Assembly (NCBI GenBank): GCA_033977065.1
Contig: JAXCHI010000004.1
Span: 288,001-352,000 of the forward strand
From: Candidatus Algichlamydia australiensis
GTDB lineage: Bacteria > Chlamydiota > Chlamydiia > Chlamydiales > JAJFMI01
Direction: 5' to 3'
Length of the DNA stretch: 64,000 bases
This document shows, piece by piece, positions 48,571 through 57,509 of this stretch. The notes beneath the pieces were generated by a model that searched no databases, was not told the origin of the DNA, and worked only from the letters and a program-made list of their open reading frames with translations. A program made the position numbers and the translations under genes. The first letter of the stretch is position 1. Every line of letters begins with the position of its first letter.

Positions 48571-49020
48571 ATGTTTGTACAGTCGTATGTCGAATTAAAT
48601 GAAACAGAAAGTCTTGTCTATTATTTAAAAACAGCAGATGATTTTGATCCCACATCTCAAAGTGCTGTAGCGGCACTTTGGACTGCTTTCGAAAAGAGTT
48701 ATTTTGACGTTCAGGATGTTTTAATGAAGCAAGGCGTTGCAAATGCTGATTATCGAGATGATGAAGGAAATCACCCTATTCATCTTTTAGCAGAAAAGGG
48801 CAATACCTCTGTAGGCGTCTGTTTACAAAATGGAATTCCTATAGATCTTGAAAATAGTGCTGGAATGACACCTCTACAATTGGCTGTTGCCCATAACCAG
48901 AAAGATATGGTTCAGTATTTGATTAATAATAAGGCGAAGATTCCTGATAATGAGACAGATCAAAAGATCCAAGAGCTGCTTCAGGAAAAACCGCATCACT
49001 TTTGTTGCCACCTTTTATAA
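48571..49020 (+). CDS. Ankyrin-repeat protein with C-terminal CaaX-like motif
   Basis: GNHPIHLLAEKG and GMTPLQLAV...MVQYLINNKA ankyrin repeats; ends FCCHLL*. Confidence 0.85.
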   Translation: MFVQSYVELNETESLVYYLKTADDFDPTSQSAVAALWTAFEKSYFDVQDVLMKQGVANADYRDDEGNHPIHLLAEKGNTSVGVCLQNGIPIDLENSAGMTPLQLAVAHNQKDMVQYLINNKAKIPDNETDQKIQELLQEKPHHFCCHLL

Positions 49021-49072
49021 AAATTGTGTAGAGTGGCCCTATAAATCTAATTTTTCCTTATTACTTTCTTTT

Positions 49073-49633
49073 ATGGGATTTGCAAATATACAGTCACTCG
49101 TTTTAGTTCGTCACGGTGAGGGCGAGCATAATGTAAAAGGGATCTGGTCGCAAACGGCCCCTCTCACAGAGGTGGGTGTGGAGCAAGTTTTTCAGACAGG
49201 TAAAGATCTTTTGGAGCAGGGTCTCTCGAGTGAAAAAGTTTCTGTTGTCTATGTTTCACCTATGCCTCGTACGCGTCAGACAGCGCAGGCGCTTATTGAT
49301 TCTGGAGTCATTCGAGAGGAGCAGCTTGTTTTTGATGAGCGGCTGGCTGAGATCGATGCTGGCTCACTCGAGGGAGAAAAATTTCGCCCTTGGGGAGATG
49401 CCGATCTTTGGGATTTGCCTTTTGCTGAAGAGGTCGGTGGGGAGACGCTAGCGCAGGTGCGCGATCGTATCGGAAGTTTTCTTTCTGAGCTCTCTAAGCA
49501 GGAATTTGAACACCATGTTTTTGTGATTTCTCACGGCTCTCCGTTACGAGAGTTGCTGGGGCTACTTGGGCATGAGCGCATCAAGTTGAATACAGCAGAA
49601 GCCAAAATCATCCCAAAACCGCCAAAGCACTAA
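49073..49633 (+). CDS. Histidine phosphatase (phosphoglycerate mutase family)
   Basis: LVRHGE, SPMPRTRQTA, L.EIDAG, ISHG. Confidence 0.92.
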   Translation: MGFANIQSLVLVRHGEGEHNVKGIWSQTAPLTEVGVEQVFQTGKDLLEQGLSSEKVSVVYVSPMPRTRQTAQALIDSGVIREEQLVFDERLAEIDAGSLEGEKFRPWGDADLWDLPFAEEVGGETLAQVRDRIGSFLSELSKQEFEHHVFVISHGSPLRELLGLLGHERIKLNTAEAKIIPKPPKH

Positions 49634-50273
49634 TTCCGGCTGTTTCAGCTCGTAAAACATGCCTGCTCAGGCGCACCCCTGTAGCAAATTCACGAAGTTG
49701 TGTAAGTTCATTTTCAGAAAAACCTCCTTCGGGTCCGATGTAAATCGTCGTATTTCCTTTGGCAGCAGTGAGAGGAGGCGCATTAGGATCGAGATCACCA
49801 AAGAGTGCTTTGCCTTTAGCCTCTGGAAAGGTAGAAAAAACTTCAATTTTGGGAAGGTAGAGGCGCTTGCACTGCTTAAGTGCACTGATGGTAGCGGTTT
49901 CAAGTCTCGCAAGATGGTTAGAGGAGAGTTTTTGTCTTTCTGAGTGATCGGAAGCAAAGAGGTGAAAAGCAGTAGCCCCGAGCTCTGTTCCCTTTTCAAT
50001 GAGCCACTCCAAGCGGCTCTGTTTGATGAGGGCTGCTGCCAGAACAATTTTGGGTGCGGGTTCCTGCTGCTTTTCGCAGGCGGTAATTTCTACAATTGTT
50101 TCGTGTTTATTTGAGGAGAAGAGAGTGCCTTGCGCGAGAGTTCCTTTGCCATCAACAAGTTCAAGATGATCTCCTTTTTTGCCGCGCATCACACGCGTAA
50201 GGTGATGAGCTTCTGCTCCCGATAGGATAGACTTTCCCTTCTGCAGTTTTTCTGTCACATAATAGCGATTCAT
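49608..50273 (-). CDS. rsmE: 16S rRNA U1498 methyltransferase
   Basis: HHLTRVMR, EKGTELG, IGPEGGFS, VLRAETA. Confidence 0.95.
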   Translation of the reverse strand: MNRYYVTEKLQKGKSILSGAEAHHLTRVMRGKKGDHLELVDGKGTLAQGTLFSSNKHETIVEITACEKQQEPAPKIVLAAALIKQSRLEWLIEKGTELGATAFHLFASDHSERQKLSSNHLARLETATISALKQCKRLYLPKIEVFSTFPEAKGKALFGDLDPNAPPLTAAKGNTTIYIGPEGGFSENELTQLREFATGVRLSRHVLRAETAGISALAVLG

Positions 50274-51466
50274 ATATGTTCTTCCCTGCATATTGCGAGT
50301 TTCAAGATCTTATCAAAGGAGGGCTCTTGTGCTAAGATGAGTTTGGGGGTAGCAAGTTCTATTAAATCTTTTTTTGTTAGTACTTCAAAAGCCGCTTGGC
50401 GTTTCCAATGACGTGTAATGTTTTCTTTAGAAAAATTAAAGACAAGTTTAAATCGGTAATCTTTGCGGTAGGGATCGTATGCCAGGTGTTCAAAGCCGTT
50501 TTGAGGTGTGGGGCACATAAGAGTGAGAAAAGCGCGCGGGTAGATGGTGCGAAAGGTTTGCATCCAAGGCTCCCATTTAGGTGCAATGATGAGAATGGAA
50601 TCGTGGCGAAAGCGGTAGTAGACGTTTTTTGGGCTCTCTTGCTTCCAGCGATTGTGTTGCCAGAGCCACTGCTCGGGGCAGGTTTTGATAGAAGTTTCAA
50701 AGATTTGTAGCGCCTCCTTCATCATGCGCTCAGTCTCTTCATTCATCGGTTTGGATTTATCAGGCCAAATAGGATCACTGTAGGTGATTTCGTAGGTGAC
50801 GCCTACGCGTTTTGTAGTAGCGACCATGATGGGGCAACCGGTTTTATAGGAGAGGAGTGCGGGCGCTGTTGAGGTAAAGGCGCGTCTGCCAAGAAAAGAG
50901 CTGGAAAAGTCGCTATCGGGAAAGCCTTGGTCACCAACGATTCCAAGGAACTTTCCAGCTTTTAGACCGCGCAAGCCCTCTTTGATCGCAAGCTTAGGTG
51001 GGACAATTGTGCCGCCAAACTTTTCGCGCATCTGTACGATCCACTCATAAACTTTTTTCTGTTTAATAGGCCTTCCAATAGCAACACCGGGCATGCGTTG
51101 GGTACCTTCTAAAAAAAGAACTTCCCAGTTGGCTTGGTGACCGCAGAAGAAGATGATACCTTGCCCTTTAGCAATGAGCGCAGCAGCTGGTTCTGGATTT
51201 GTGCAGCACGCCCACTTAAAGCTTTTTCTATGGGCAAATTTGGGATACTCAAGAGCGCAAGTGAGGAGGTTGGCAAAGGAAGCTTTGGCTATACGTCGAA
51301 TCTCTTTAGGGCTCAGCTTAAGGTCTGTAGCGAGGGCGAGATTGGAGAGTGCGCGCTTGCGCCACTTAGGAATGGCGCAGTAGGCAATGGGGGCGAAGCC
51401 GTGGCTTAAAAGATTGATAAGCCATTGTGGGGTAATCGCAAGAGGTGTGGTTAGGAGTTTAAACAT
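50270..51466 (-). CDS. htrB: Lipid A biosynthesis acyltransferase (HtrB/LpxL family)
   Basis: GHQANWE, IVGDQ, FLG..A.T...PA, PEQWLWQHNRWK. Confidence 0.88.
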   Translation of the reverse strand: MFKLLTTPLAITPQWLINLLSHGFAPIAYCAIPKWRKRALSNLALATDLKLSPKEIRRIAKASFANLLTCALEYPKFAHRKSFKWACCTNPEPAAALIAKGQGIIFFCGHQANWEVLFLEGTQRMPGVAIGRPIKQKKVYEWIVQMREKFGGTIVPPKLAIKEGLRGLKAGKFLGIVGDQGFPDSDFSSSFLGRRAFTSTAPALLSYKTGCPIMVATTKRVGVTYEITYSDPIWPDKSKPMNEETERMMKEALQIFETSIKTCPEQWLWQHNRWKQESPKNVYYRFRHDSILIIAPKWEPWMQTFRTIYPRAFLTLMCPTPQNGFEHLAYDPYRKDYRFKLVFNFSKENITRHWKRQAAFEVLTKKDLIELATPKLILAQEPSFDKILKLAICREEHI

Positions 51467-51468
51467 GG

Positions 51469-51492
51469 TAGGGTAAAATCGATTCTACCCTA
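51469..51492. promoter_or_regulatory. 24-bp palindrome overlapping the putative -10 of htrB
   Basis: TAGGGTAAAATCGATTCTACCCTA (one mismatch); minus-strand TTGAAA-18-TAGAAT. Confidence 0.55.
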
Positions 51493-51545
51493 TAGGCAGT
51501 TCTATTTTCAATGGATAGAATACAAAACAAGGGAGTGTCTTCGAA

Positions 51546-51704
51546 ACTCAAGTTGCTACCCCTTTCCCCCTTTGGAGAGACCCTTTTTGCGATCTACTTA
51601 GTTTAAAATTTCAGAAATGCTTGATAAACATTCCTTCAATTTGAAACGAAACATCTCATCAAAAATCCCTCTCTCCATAGGAGAAACTGAGTGGCAACTT
51701 GAGT
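51546..51704 (-). mobile_element. Long form of palindromic element family A
   Basis: ACTCAAGTTGCTAC / GTGGCAACTTGAGT terminal IRs flanked by TTCGAA on both sides. Confidence 0.82.
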
Positions 51705-51769
51705 TTCGAATTAAAATAGAGTCCAAAAATTGGCCAAAATAATTGAAAATCTTTCTCTTGATGAGGAGT

Positions 51770-52178
51770 CTAGTACTCTGTAACAGAAAATTTTAGCATT
51801 ATTTTTACGTCAAAGCCTTCGCATAAAAATGGATCCCAAACGTGAAAAGTAAAGCGATTGTATGTGATTGAAAAAGCTGTCTAGACCTTGCAAAGTTTTC
51901 TGCAAAACAAAAAAAACAGCCGCGCAAGCGACGTGAAAGGGGCCCCTCCCGAAACAAAGTGGAGGGTGGGGAATGAACGCGCGATGCGCTCGATGGCTTC
52001 AGATTGGCTTTGAAAAATTGCGGTGCAGGAGGAAGAAGTAGTGCTTTGCACGGTTTTCCGACGAAACGCAATTTGGCATGCCAAGATGAAGCTCAAAGGG
52101 CAGCGGGGATTTGCCCGACTGTCTCTATTGGCTGTTTTTTTAAATTAAACACTAAGATTTTCTGTTACAGAGTACTAG
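51770..52178. mobile_element. 409-bp MITE-like element (family G)
   Basis: 27-bp IR CTAGTACTCTGTAACAGAAAATTTTAG / CTAAGATTTTCTGTTACAGAGTACTAG (one mismatch), CTAG at both ends, no transposase. Confidence 0.85.
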
Positions 52179-52253
52179 GTTCCAAAAATAAAATCATGTT
52201 TTCGAAAATTAAAGATTGTTGATAAGATTGAGCTGATCAAAGTGGAGGTAAGC

Positions 52254-52955
52254 ATGAAAAAGAAGATTACTGTAGCGGTACTTTCAGTACCATTTCTATT
52301 TGTCCCTCTTGCTGCGGATTCCGTACCAAGTGAAAAAAGCATGGTAGAAAACTTTTGGGAGCTTATTGGTCTTCAAACAGAGAGTTCTAAAAAGGAAGTT
52401 GGGTTGCTCATTCAAGAAATTGCTGAGCTGAGACAAAAAAATGAGAAGTTGCGCATGCGTGATGAATGGTTGCGTAATCGATTAAAAGGATTTGAAGAGG
52501 GGTCTTGTGAAGCGCTTAAAGAAAATAGGTCTCTAAAGACCCGATGTGGAGAATTAGAAATGATAAATGCAGACCTTATAAATCAATTACATAAGCAGGA
52601 TCTTGAACTTAACAAATTGAATTTTATCGGTTGCGAGATAGGATCTTCTTCTGTGGAAGATATGACAGATGAAGAGCTTGAGAGGGAGTGTAAAGAGCTT
52701 AGCAAGAGAAGAAGGGCGCTTATCGGAAAGCACAAGGAGATCTGGATAAGGCATAGGGATATCTCTAATGAGTTATTTTTAAGAGAGTGTGAAGATATGG
52801 ATTTGCAAGAGGAGCGCGAAGGAATGAAAGAGCAAATCAAGAAGCTAGAAAAGAAAATTGCAAAGAACAAAGCAGTTTATGATACGCAAGAGGCCTTGTT
52901 TAAAGGCGAGATAGAGAGTCTTCAATCAAAGCTTCAGGAGGAAGAGACGCAGTAA
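52254..52955 (+). CDS. Hypothetical exported coiled-coil protein
   Basis: GGAGG RBS, signal peptide, E/K/L heptad-rich. Confidence 0.75.
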   Translation: MKKKITVAVLSVPFLFVPLAADSVPSEKSMVENFWELIGLQTESSKKEVGLLIQEIAELRQKNEKLRMRDEWLRNRLKGFEEGSCEALKENRSLKTRCGELEMINADLINQLHKQDLELNKLNFIGCEIGSSSVEDMTDEELERECKELSKRRRALIGKHKEIWIRHRDISNELFLRECEDMDLQEEREGMKEQIKKLEKKIAKNKAVYDTQEALFKGEIESLQSKLQEEETQ

Positions 52956-52957
52956 AC

Positions 52958-54037
52958 TTATCTCACAAATTGAAAACTTGAGTTTTCTAAACATATTTTA
53001 GTTAATGCGCTTAACTGGTTTTCGAATGTATACGATTTCACTGTATTACGGATCTTTTTGGCGCGCTCTTCTGTTTTAGGACGGGTAAGAGCTTTCTGTA
53101 GGGCTGCGAGAAGAGAGTCTTGTGAAGTGAGGTCCTCAATAATAATCCCTGTTTCTGGAGTGAGGACTTCATGACCACCATTGGTTTTTGACGTTACGAC
53201 AGTAAGGCCCATAGCGAGGGCTTCGACGGTGGTATTGGCGAAGGGGTCGTAGAGTGTGGGAAGAACGAGGCAGTCAGCTTTTTGGTAGAAGGTTTGGATG
53301 TCAACACGTTTTCCAAAAAATTGGACTTGGTTTTGAATTTTTAACTTTTCTGCGAGTTGTAGGTAGTGAGTGAGGTTGCGATCATAGCCAACAACTGAGA
53401 GTTGCCAATCTTTTTGGGAGAGGTGGGCAAGTGCGAGCAGAAGCAGGTCAAGACCTTTGCGTTTAAAGCCAGAACCCACAAAGAGAAAATGAAACTTTTC
53501 ATTGGATTTATAGGAGGGAGTCAGCTCGTTCCACTCAACTCCGTTGTAGATTACACTGATTTTTTCCTCAGGAATACTGTAGTGCTGCAAAATCTCTTGT
53601 TTGACCATTTGTGAGTTTGTAATGAGTCTTTTCAAGCGGGGATTTTCAAACGATTTTTTCTCAAGATCTAGTAGTAGACGATGGAGAGGGTTAAGAGGAA
53701 AGGTAAGGGTTTTGTAGAGGGGCTCAAAGCGTTTACGATGATTCAAATAGGCGGCATGGCAGCCGTTGCCTGCACGAATATGGGTTGCCATGCGAATGCG
53801 GTCCATTGTGAAGATGCAGTTGTAGCTGCTTCGGGCAAGATGGTCACTGCAGGCGCGGTCAAAATTTTTGATATTTTGGAATGAGAGAGGTTTTCTTTTA
53901 AGGTGCAGACTATCTGCTGTAATGAGGGTAACACGGCAGCCTGCGTCTTCAAAAGCTCTCTTGATTCGCCGCGCTTGCTTTTCTAATCCTCCTGCAAAAC
54001 CAAAAGAGGTTTTAATCAGTGCAACAGAGGTCTTCAT
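52958..54037 (-). CDS. Glycosyltransferase family 4 (RfaG-like)
   Basis: GGLEK, IYNGV, FVGSGFKRKG, YDPFANTTVEALAMG. Confidence 0.92.
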   Translation of the reverse strand: MKTSVALIKTSFGFAGGLEKQARRIKRAFEDAGCRVTLITADSLHLKRKPLSFQNIKNFDRACSDHLARSSYNCIFTMDRIRMATHIRAGNGCHAAYLNHRKRFEPLYKTLTFPLNPLHRLLLDLEKKSFENPRLKRLITNSQMVKQEILQHYSIPEEKISVIYNGVEWNELTPSYKSNEKFHFLFVGSGFKRKGLDLLLLALAHLSQKDWQLSVVGYDRNLTHYLQLAEKLKIQNQVQFFGKRVDIQTFYQKADCLVLPTLYDPFANTTVEALAMGLTVVTSKTNGGHEVLTPETGIIIEDLTSQDSLLAALQKALTRPKTEERAKKIRNTVKSYTFENQLSALTKICLENSSFQFVR

Positions 54038-55271
54038 GAGCTTCGTTAATCGTAATCATTTTTTCGTGTTGGTAGATGTCGAGTTCAAATTTTGAGCTGT
54101 CAGCTCGGTAGAGCTGGAAGCGGTTCATGTAGCTGCGAAAGCGATTGCGTAGATACTCCTCGCGCATTTTAGGGTTAGCAAAGCCACCCTTGTCCTGCAT
54201 GCTATTTCCCATGGCCAGCGTAATGTAGCGGTTTTCTAGTTCACGCGGGTTGATGAATTGTACACTCCAATCAAAGCTATTGTGGTGGCCGGGACCAACA
54301 ATCACGGTAATTTCAAGGTGGTTTTGTACAGTTTGTAAAAAGAGTTCGCTAACCCCTTTTGTATACAAATCTTCTTTGATCAGTTTTACCCCATTGACCT
54401 CTTTCACAAGTGGAGATGTTGCAAGTTGTAATTTCCCTTTTTTCAAGGTACGTGCAGAGCGCAGGGGGTAATAGAGATTGATCTGAATAGGTGCTTTTAC
54501 AGGAAGGAGTTCGGTGCGTATGAAGTCGATGTGTAGAGCTTCATTTTTTTTGTCAGCAATATCAATAGGGGCAGCTGAGACATCAGGAAGGTAGATCTGT
54601 TTCCAGTGTTGAGGTATGTCAAAGGAGATAACGTCAGTCTGGCCATTATGTTCGCTCACTTTTAGCTCATCGAGCTCACCATGAGTGATATCCCCTAAGT
54701 TAAAGGTAAGCTTTACACCGCGCGATTTGTAGCGTGAAATGATATCTTCAGGTCCGCGCAACATAACATGGGCGCGATAGGGCCAAACATCAACAAATTG
54801 GTATCCTTTCGGAGAATCTCCCTTTGGCTCTGTAATGACTACCGGAATTTTTTCACGGATAAGCCTCTTTGGTTTCAGGGCAAGTGTAACGGGGTTTACG
54901 CGCTTGATTCCTGTGAGGTTGGAGTTGGGATCAGTTGCTACAACATTTTTTTTATTGATTTTTTCAATCCACTCAGAAGTATGGCCATGCCCATCAATAA
55001 GAATTTCTAGATCTTGCTCGCTGATTTTGTCTAAAAGTATCCTGTTACCAGTGATATTTAGATCTAATCGACGAGAGAGTACACCTCCAGTATTCATTCC
55101 TTCGACTGTGATACCTTCAGGCAAGTTGACAATGCGAACACCAACATTGTGAAGCATTTTTGTTTTCGTTAGCGATTGGTTTACCACGAACCAAACAATA
55201 ACTGCGAGAATAAGGGAGAGGATCTTTCTCTGCCAATTAGCGATAAAAATCTTATTACACAACTCTTTCAT
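54012..55271 (-). CDS. ybbR: YbbR/CdaR-like diadenylate cyclase regulator
   Basis: NWQRKILSLILAVIVWFVV N-terminal TM; ATGA-coupled downstream of dacA. Confidence 0.8.
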   Translation of the reverse strand: MKELCNKIFIANWQRKILSLILAVIVWFVVNQSLTKTKMLHNVGVRIVNLPEGITVEGMNTGGVLSRRLDLNITGNRILLDKISEQDLEILIDGHGHTSEWIEKINKKNVVATDPNSNLTGIKRVNPVTLALKPKRLIREKIPVVITEPKGDSPKGYQFVDVWPYRAHVMLRGPEDIISRYKSRGVKLTFNLGDITHGELDELKVSEHNGQTDVISFDIPQHWKQIYLPDVSAAPIDIADKKNEALHIDFIRTELLPVKAPIQINLYYPLRSARTLKKGKLQLATSPLVKEVNGVKLIKEDLYTKGVSELFLQTVQNHLEITVIVGPGHHNSFDWSVQFINPRELENRYITLAMGNSMQDKGGFANPKMREEYLRNRFRSYMNRFQLYRADSSKFELDIYQHEKMITINEAHEDLCCTD

Positions 55272-56065
55272 CTGTTGAGGAGTGCCTTGAGTTTAAAAGT
55301 TGCTTTTGTTTTTGGTTTGACCGGAGGATTGAATACGCTTCGTATAATTCCGCTAAAACGATCAATTTTTACACCGCGGGTCATAATGCCGTCACGCGCA
55401 ATGGAGACTTTTCCTGTCTCTTCAGAGATTACGATAACAAGAGCATCACTAATTTGGCTAATACCAAGACCTGCTCTATGACGCGTTCCCATCAAACGCG
55501 AGAGGTGTCCAATATCTTCTGCAAGTGGGAGGATTACAGCGGCAGCAACAATAGAGAGATCGCGTACGATGATCGCTCCATCATGTAAGGGGGTTGTCGT
55601 TTTGAAGATGGATTCAACTAATTCTGATGAGAAGGTCGCATTGAGCATCACGGCTTTTTGTGCGTATTCATCTAAAGTATCTTCATTTTCAATAACAATA
55701 ATCGCACCAATGCGTTTGTCTGCCATGCGATAGGTTGAAGTAGCAAGCTGGTCTAAAAAACGGTCAAACTCTGTGATCTCTTTGTAACGTTTCCCTTTGA
55801 GACTTAAGCGAGATAGCGCAACGCGCAGTTCGGGCTGAAAAATAATGAGTATGGCGATAACGGCAACACTAGAGACGTTGATCATGAGTTGATGAAGAAC
55901 AGGGAAATTCAATAGAGAAGAGAAAGCATAGACACTTAAGAACGCAAAAAGACCGAGAATAAGGTCCATCGATCTTGTATTCCAAAAGAAAGAGAGGATG
56001 TAGTTGATCATGACTGCAATGATCAGGATTTCGATGAATGGAGTAATGTGGGTGTAGAAATACAT
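55268..56065 (-). CDS. dacA: Diadenylate cyclase
   Basis: Three TM segments, FQPELR, PLHDGA, GTRHRA, SEETG. Confidence 0.96.
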   Translation of the reverse strand: MYFYTHITPFIEILIIAVMINYILSFFWNTRSMDLILGLFAFLSVYAFSSLLNFPVLHQLMINVSSVAVIAILIIFQPELRVALSRLSLKGKRYKEITEFDRFLDQLATSTYRMADKRIGAIIVIENEDTLDEYAQKAVMLNATFSSELVESIFKTTTPLHDGAIIVRDLSIVAAAVILPLAEDIGHLSRLMGTRHRAGLGISQISDALVIVISEETGKVSIARDGIMTRGVKIDRFSGIIRSVFNPPVKPKTKATFKLKALLNR

Positions 56066-56141
56066 CTTAATTCGATCTTACATGAAGCTGTAAAAAAAAA
56101 CATCATTTGTGCATGATGGAAAAAAAATTTTGGTACTACTA

Positions 56142-57509
56142 ATGGACGTTGTAATTCTAGCTCGAATTCAATTTGCGATGACGATCGCATTTCACTATCT
56201 TTTCCCCCCATTAAGCATTGGCCTCTCATTAATGCTTGTCATCATGGAAGGGCTCTATCTCAAAACAAAGAATCCTCTTTATAAACGGATGACCCAATTC
56301 TGGATGCGCATCTTTGCTATCTCTTTTGCGCTCGGAGTTGCGACAGGAATTGTCATGAGTTTTTCTTTTGGAACAAACTGGGCTCGCTATTCGCGTTTTG
56401 TTGGAGATGTCTTTGGAAGCGCCTTGGCAGCAGAGGGAGTTTTCGCCTTTTTTTTAGAGGCTGGATTTATTGGTCTAATGCTTTTTGGTTGGAACCGTGT
56501 GAAGCCAGGAGTGCACTACTTTTCGACAATTATGGTCAGTCTGGGGGCACATTTTAGCGCCGTTTGGATCGTGATTGCTAACTCTTGGATGCAAACACCC
56601 GCTGGATTCAAAATTGTGGGTGAAGGACTCGATGCAAAAGCGATCATCACAGACTTTTGGGCGATGGTCTTCAACCCCTCTTCTATGGAGCGGCTCTTCC
56701 ACGTAATTATGGGTTGTTGGCTTACAGGAAGTTTTATTATTGTCTCTGTCGCTGCTTACTATATTATCAAAAGGCGCCATCTTGACTTTTCTCGGGCTAC
56801 AATGAAAATTGGGTTAATTACAGGGATGGCCGGACTTTTGTTACAGCTCTATTCTGGAGATCAGACGGCTCGCGGTGTAGCAAAGAACCAGCCAGAGAAG
56901 CTCGCAACTCTTGAAGGTGTTTTTAAAACAGAAGAGTACACCCCATTTAATCTGATAGGGTGGGTCGATATGACGAAGAAGAAAGTTTATGGAATTAGTG
57001 TTCCTGGTGGCTTAAGCTTCCTTGTCTACCATAAATTTAAGCCAGCTGTTCCAGGACTTGATAATTTCCCAGAAAAGGATTGGCCTAATGTACCGGTGGT
57101 ATTTCAAACTTATCATATTATGATCATGATGTGGGGAGCGATGTTTTTACTCGCAATGCTTGGCATCATTTATTGGAGAAGAGGGACCCTTTGGAATTCT
57201 AAGTGGACGTTGCGCGCTATGGTACTCTCTATTGGTGCCCCTTATATCGCCAATCAGGCGGGTTGGTTTACAGCAGAGATGGGTCGCCAACCATGGATTG
57301 TTTACCACCTACTCCGTACAGCTGAAGGAGTTTCAAAATCTGTTGCTAGCAATCAAATTTTGGGATCGATCCTTATGTTTATTGTGATCTATTCGTTTCT
57401 TTTTGCCCTTTTTATCTACCTCATGGACCACAAAATTAAAAAAGGTCCTGATGAAGAGGGAGCTGATGAAAAATTGTATTCTGATCCGATTCTAGAAGGA
57501 GGAAACTGA
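56142..57509 (+). CDS. cydA: Cytochrome bd ubiquinol oxidase subunit I
   Basis: ARIQFA...FHYLF, FGTNW, NSWMQTP, QPEKLA, GRQPW. Confidence 0.97.
   Translation: MDVVILARIQFAMTIAFHYLFPPLSIGLSLMLVIMEGLYLKTKNPLYKRMTQFWMRIFAISFALGVATGIVMSFSFGTNWARYSRFVGDVFGSALAAEGVFAFFLEAGFIGLMLFGWNRVKPGVHYFSTIMVSLGAHFSAVWIVIANSWMQTPAGFKIVGEGLDAKAIITDFWAMVFNPSSMERLFHVIMGCWLTGSFIIVSVAAYYIIKRRHLDFSRATMKIGLITGMAGLLLQLYSGDQTARGVAKNQPEKLATLEGVFKTEEYTPFNLIGWVDMTKKKVYGISVPGGLSFLVYHKFKPAVPGLDNFPEKDWPNVPVVFQTYHIMIMMWGAMFLLAMLGIIYWRRGTLWNSKWTLRAMVLSIGAPYIANQAGWFTAEMGRQPWIVYHLLRTAEGVSKSVASNQILGSILMFIVIYSFLFALFIYLMDHKIKKGPDEEGADEKLYSDPILEGGN

Noticed and set aside
51805..52222. Short ORFs (88, 71, 72 aa) inside the MITE as transposase or real genes
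   Set aside because: No DDE or HUH motifs and no RBS; they are reading frames of a repeat
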